This document shows, one piece after another, positions 61,851 to 64,000 of a stretch of DNA of 64,000 nt. Both the position numbers and the translations under genes were made by a program. Numbering within the stretch: the stretch's first letter is position 1; the number at the start of each line of letters is the position of its first letter. Where the stretch lies: NCBI GenBank assembly GCA_030390025.1, contig CM059438.1, positions 73,160,001 to 73,224,000 on the forward strand, in the 5' to 3' direction. The notes beneath the pieces were generated by a model that was not told where the DNA came from, ran no database searches, and was given only the letters and a program-made list of their open reading frames with translations. The stretch is from Squalus acanthias. Its lineage: Eukaryota.

Positions 61851-62311
61851 AAAAAGACAGACTTGCATTTATACAGCATCTTTCATGTCCTCAAAACATC
61901 CCAAAGCACTTTACAGCCAATGAAGTACTTTTGAAGAGTAGTCACTGTTGTAAAGTAGGAAACACAGCAGCCAATTTGCGCACAGCAAGCTCCCACAAGC
62001 AGCAATTTGATAATGACCAGATATTCTGTTTTGGTGATGTTGATTGAGGGATAAATATTGGCCAGGACACCAGGGATAACTCCCCTGCTCTTCGAAACTG
62101 TGCCATGGGATCTTTTACGTCCACCTGAGAGAGCAGACATGAGGTTTAACATCTCATCTGAAAGATGGCACCTCCGACAGTGCAGCACTCCCTCAGCACT
62201 GCACTGGAGTGTCAGCCTTGATTATGTGCTCAAGTCTCTGGAGTGGGACTTGAACCCACAACCTTCAGACTCAGAGGCGAGAGCCCTACCCACTAAGCCA
62301 TGGCTGACACC
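61851..62311 (-). mobile_element. Full-length SacSINE1-like Deu-SINE
   Basis: tRNA head TGGCTTAGTGGG (A box) and GGTTCAAGTCCC (B box); Deu domain GGTGCCATCTTTCAGATGAG...GGACGTAAAAGATCCCATGGCAC; L2-type tail. Confidence 0.9.
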
Positions 62312-62644
62312 TGCGATACGTTTCTCCAGAGAGAACGGAAAGAAGACGTGCCTTTCTTTTGCAGTTCCAATCAATCAGTACAAGAGCAGCACTGGGAAAA
62401 GCTTGGCAATGGGTTCCCTATCCATTGCCTTGATCAGGGAATGAGGGAGAAATTGGGTGCGTCCTTTTTCAGCTTTGAAATATGAGAAACAAAGACTGAA
62501 GAATGAAGCGACTCAAAGCCATGCAAGTACTGTCATCCTTCCATCTCCACTCCACCATTTGGTTCTCTAATGTCATGTTGCATCTAGCGCTTCATGGCAT
62601 GGTCTCGTTCTTCTTAAGTAACAATCTGAAGAAAACAAATTATT

Positions 62645-63410
62645 GGCCCGGAATTTGCAGTTGTAATGACGGCGAAACTGTCAGCATTCGCCGTCATTAC
62701 TCTCTAAAACTGACAACTTCTGGCGTCCGCACATGCGCTGTTAAATGCAGAAATCCGGAGGTTGCTGTCAGTGATACCCTGCTCCTCCACAGGGTGCACT
62801 GTTGCAGTCTTCGCAGATGCAATTAACACAGAATCAGCGATTTGACGTGAACTTCAACTTTTTACACTCTATTCTCGCTGTAAAAACCATTGAAAAAGTT
62901 AAGCCTTGTTGAATGAAGTGTAACTAAGATTTTAACAGTGTACTAAGTTATAATTACTGCTGAACAACCTCTCTGGCCCTGAATAACTATATATATGTGG
63001 GGTGTCATTCCCTCCATTCCATGATTTAAAAAATCCACAGATTTTTAAAATAATAAAAATTAATTAATTTTTAGTTTGTATATAATTATTTCAGCTTCTA
63101 CCTTAATCCCATGTCCATGTTTCAATCTTTATTTCACTTTCTGTAAAATGATTACAAAGTGAACGATAAAATGCACTTTTTACTTCCTGGTTTGCTGTCT
63201 GAGAATTCTTTAATCTGATTGGCTCCTCAGCCTGTTTGATGACATCACTGTTGCTGGCCACTACAGCTCTCCTGTAGATGGCAGCAGATATAAAGTCACA
63301 TCGGAAAAGGGGAAATCGATGCCAAAGAGCCCGCTAAAACATTGTGAGCAACTTTCTTCGAGGTCAGCGGTGAGCGCAGTCACTTCGCCGCTGACCACAA
63401 AATCCGGGCC
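62645..63410. mobile_element. ~765-bp TIR element (Harbinger-like MITE, second family)
   Basis: TIR GGCCCGGAATTTG / CAAAATCCGGGCC; subterminal hairpins at 62663-62700 and 63362-63396; AT-rich core. Confidence 0.75.
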
Positions 63411-64000
63411 ACTATTTTAGCTAACTTAATAAAGCTCTGCTTCTTTAGCAGTAATCAAGTTAAATTTATTTTCATTTTTTTTAACCCTTAGCTATTCGCT
63501 CCCCTATATTTAGCATTGCCCGTAACATGCACAGATCCATAGGGCAAGGTGCTGGGCAACAAACCTAATGCCAGGCAGCTAGCAGTGTTACTTGAAGCTG
63601 GGAAGGGACGTTCCCTCCAAAATCGCCTCCTTTACGGTGGCAAAGTGCCTAGCAACCACTTTCTCTTTTCCTTTGTTGGCTTGGCCGAGACTGGAACCCC
63701 ATACCATACCATTCAATGGCACAGCCTGTTCATACTTTGACACACTGTGCTACTGGGGCACCTAATCCAGTCATTTGTAGAACGACCTTCCGCTACTTGC
63801 TTTTCACAGCAAACAAAATGTGGAATGTCAAGTACAAAAGTACACCTGCTCATGGAGCATTTTCATTAATCTGAACCCAATATTTTACCGCTTAATAACA
63901 GTATGAAGCACAGTGTCTGCAAACAATAATAAAAAAATAAGGTTCAGAAGAATTTCTTTGCACAGTTTAGTTTGGAATGCTTAAGATTATACATAATATA

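Noticed and set aside
55362-64000. Search for upstream exon 35 (SATGEAW...FIFLCSFL)
   Set aside because: Not found by eye; it presumably lies beyond the window end
1-64000. Prokaryotic systems (CRISPR arrays, operons, defence islands)
   Set aside because: The sequence is eukaryotic with spliceosomal introns; no regularly spaced repeat-spacer array or dense ORF cluster is present

Overview
This is vertebrate genomic DNA, most likely from a cartilaginous fish (shark or ray), judging by CR1/L2 LINEs, SacSINE1-like Deu-SINEs and Penelope elements. It holds the 3' end of an N-type voltage-gated calcium channel alpha-1B gene (CACNA1B, Cav2.2) on the minus strand. I traced the exons by hand from e36 (IVS6) to the terminal exon ending ...DEDDWC*. 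All have GT-AG boundaries and consistent phases. The set includes both mutually exclusive 97-nt exons 37a and 37b (37a is missed by the ORF track), a candidate 33-nt microexon behind a ~365-nt AG-free zone, and a terminal exon with three candidate acceptors. A multi-kb 3' UTR with several candidate poly(A) signals follows. Introns contain CR1, L2-like, Penelope (with hammerhead-like motifs), SINE and MITE insertions, including a ~750-bp TIR element built from hairpins that show compensatory changes. Most ORFs in the supplied track are spurious or transposon-derived. Exon numbers follow the mammalian e37a/e37b convention. Comparisons to known proteins and repeat families are from memory, not from database searches. 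I found no evidence of a wholly new multi-gene system; the best novelty candidates are splicing architecture and repeat structure.
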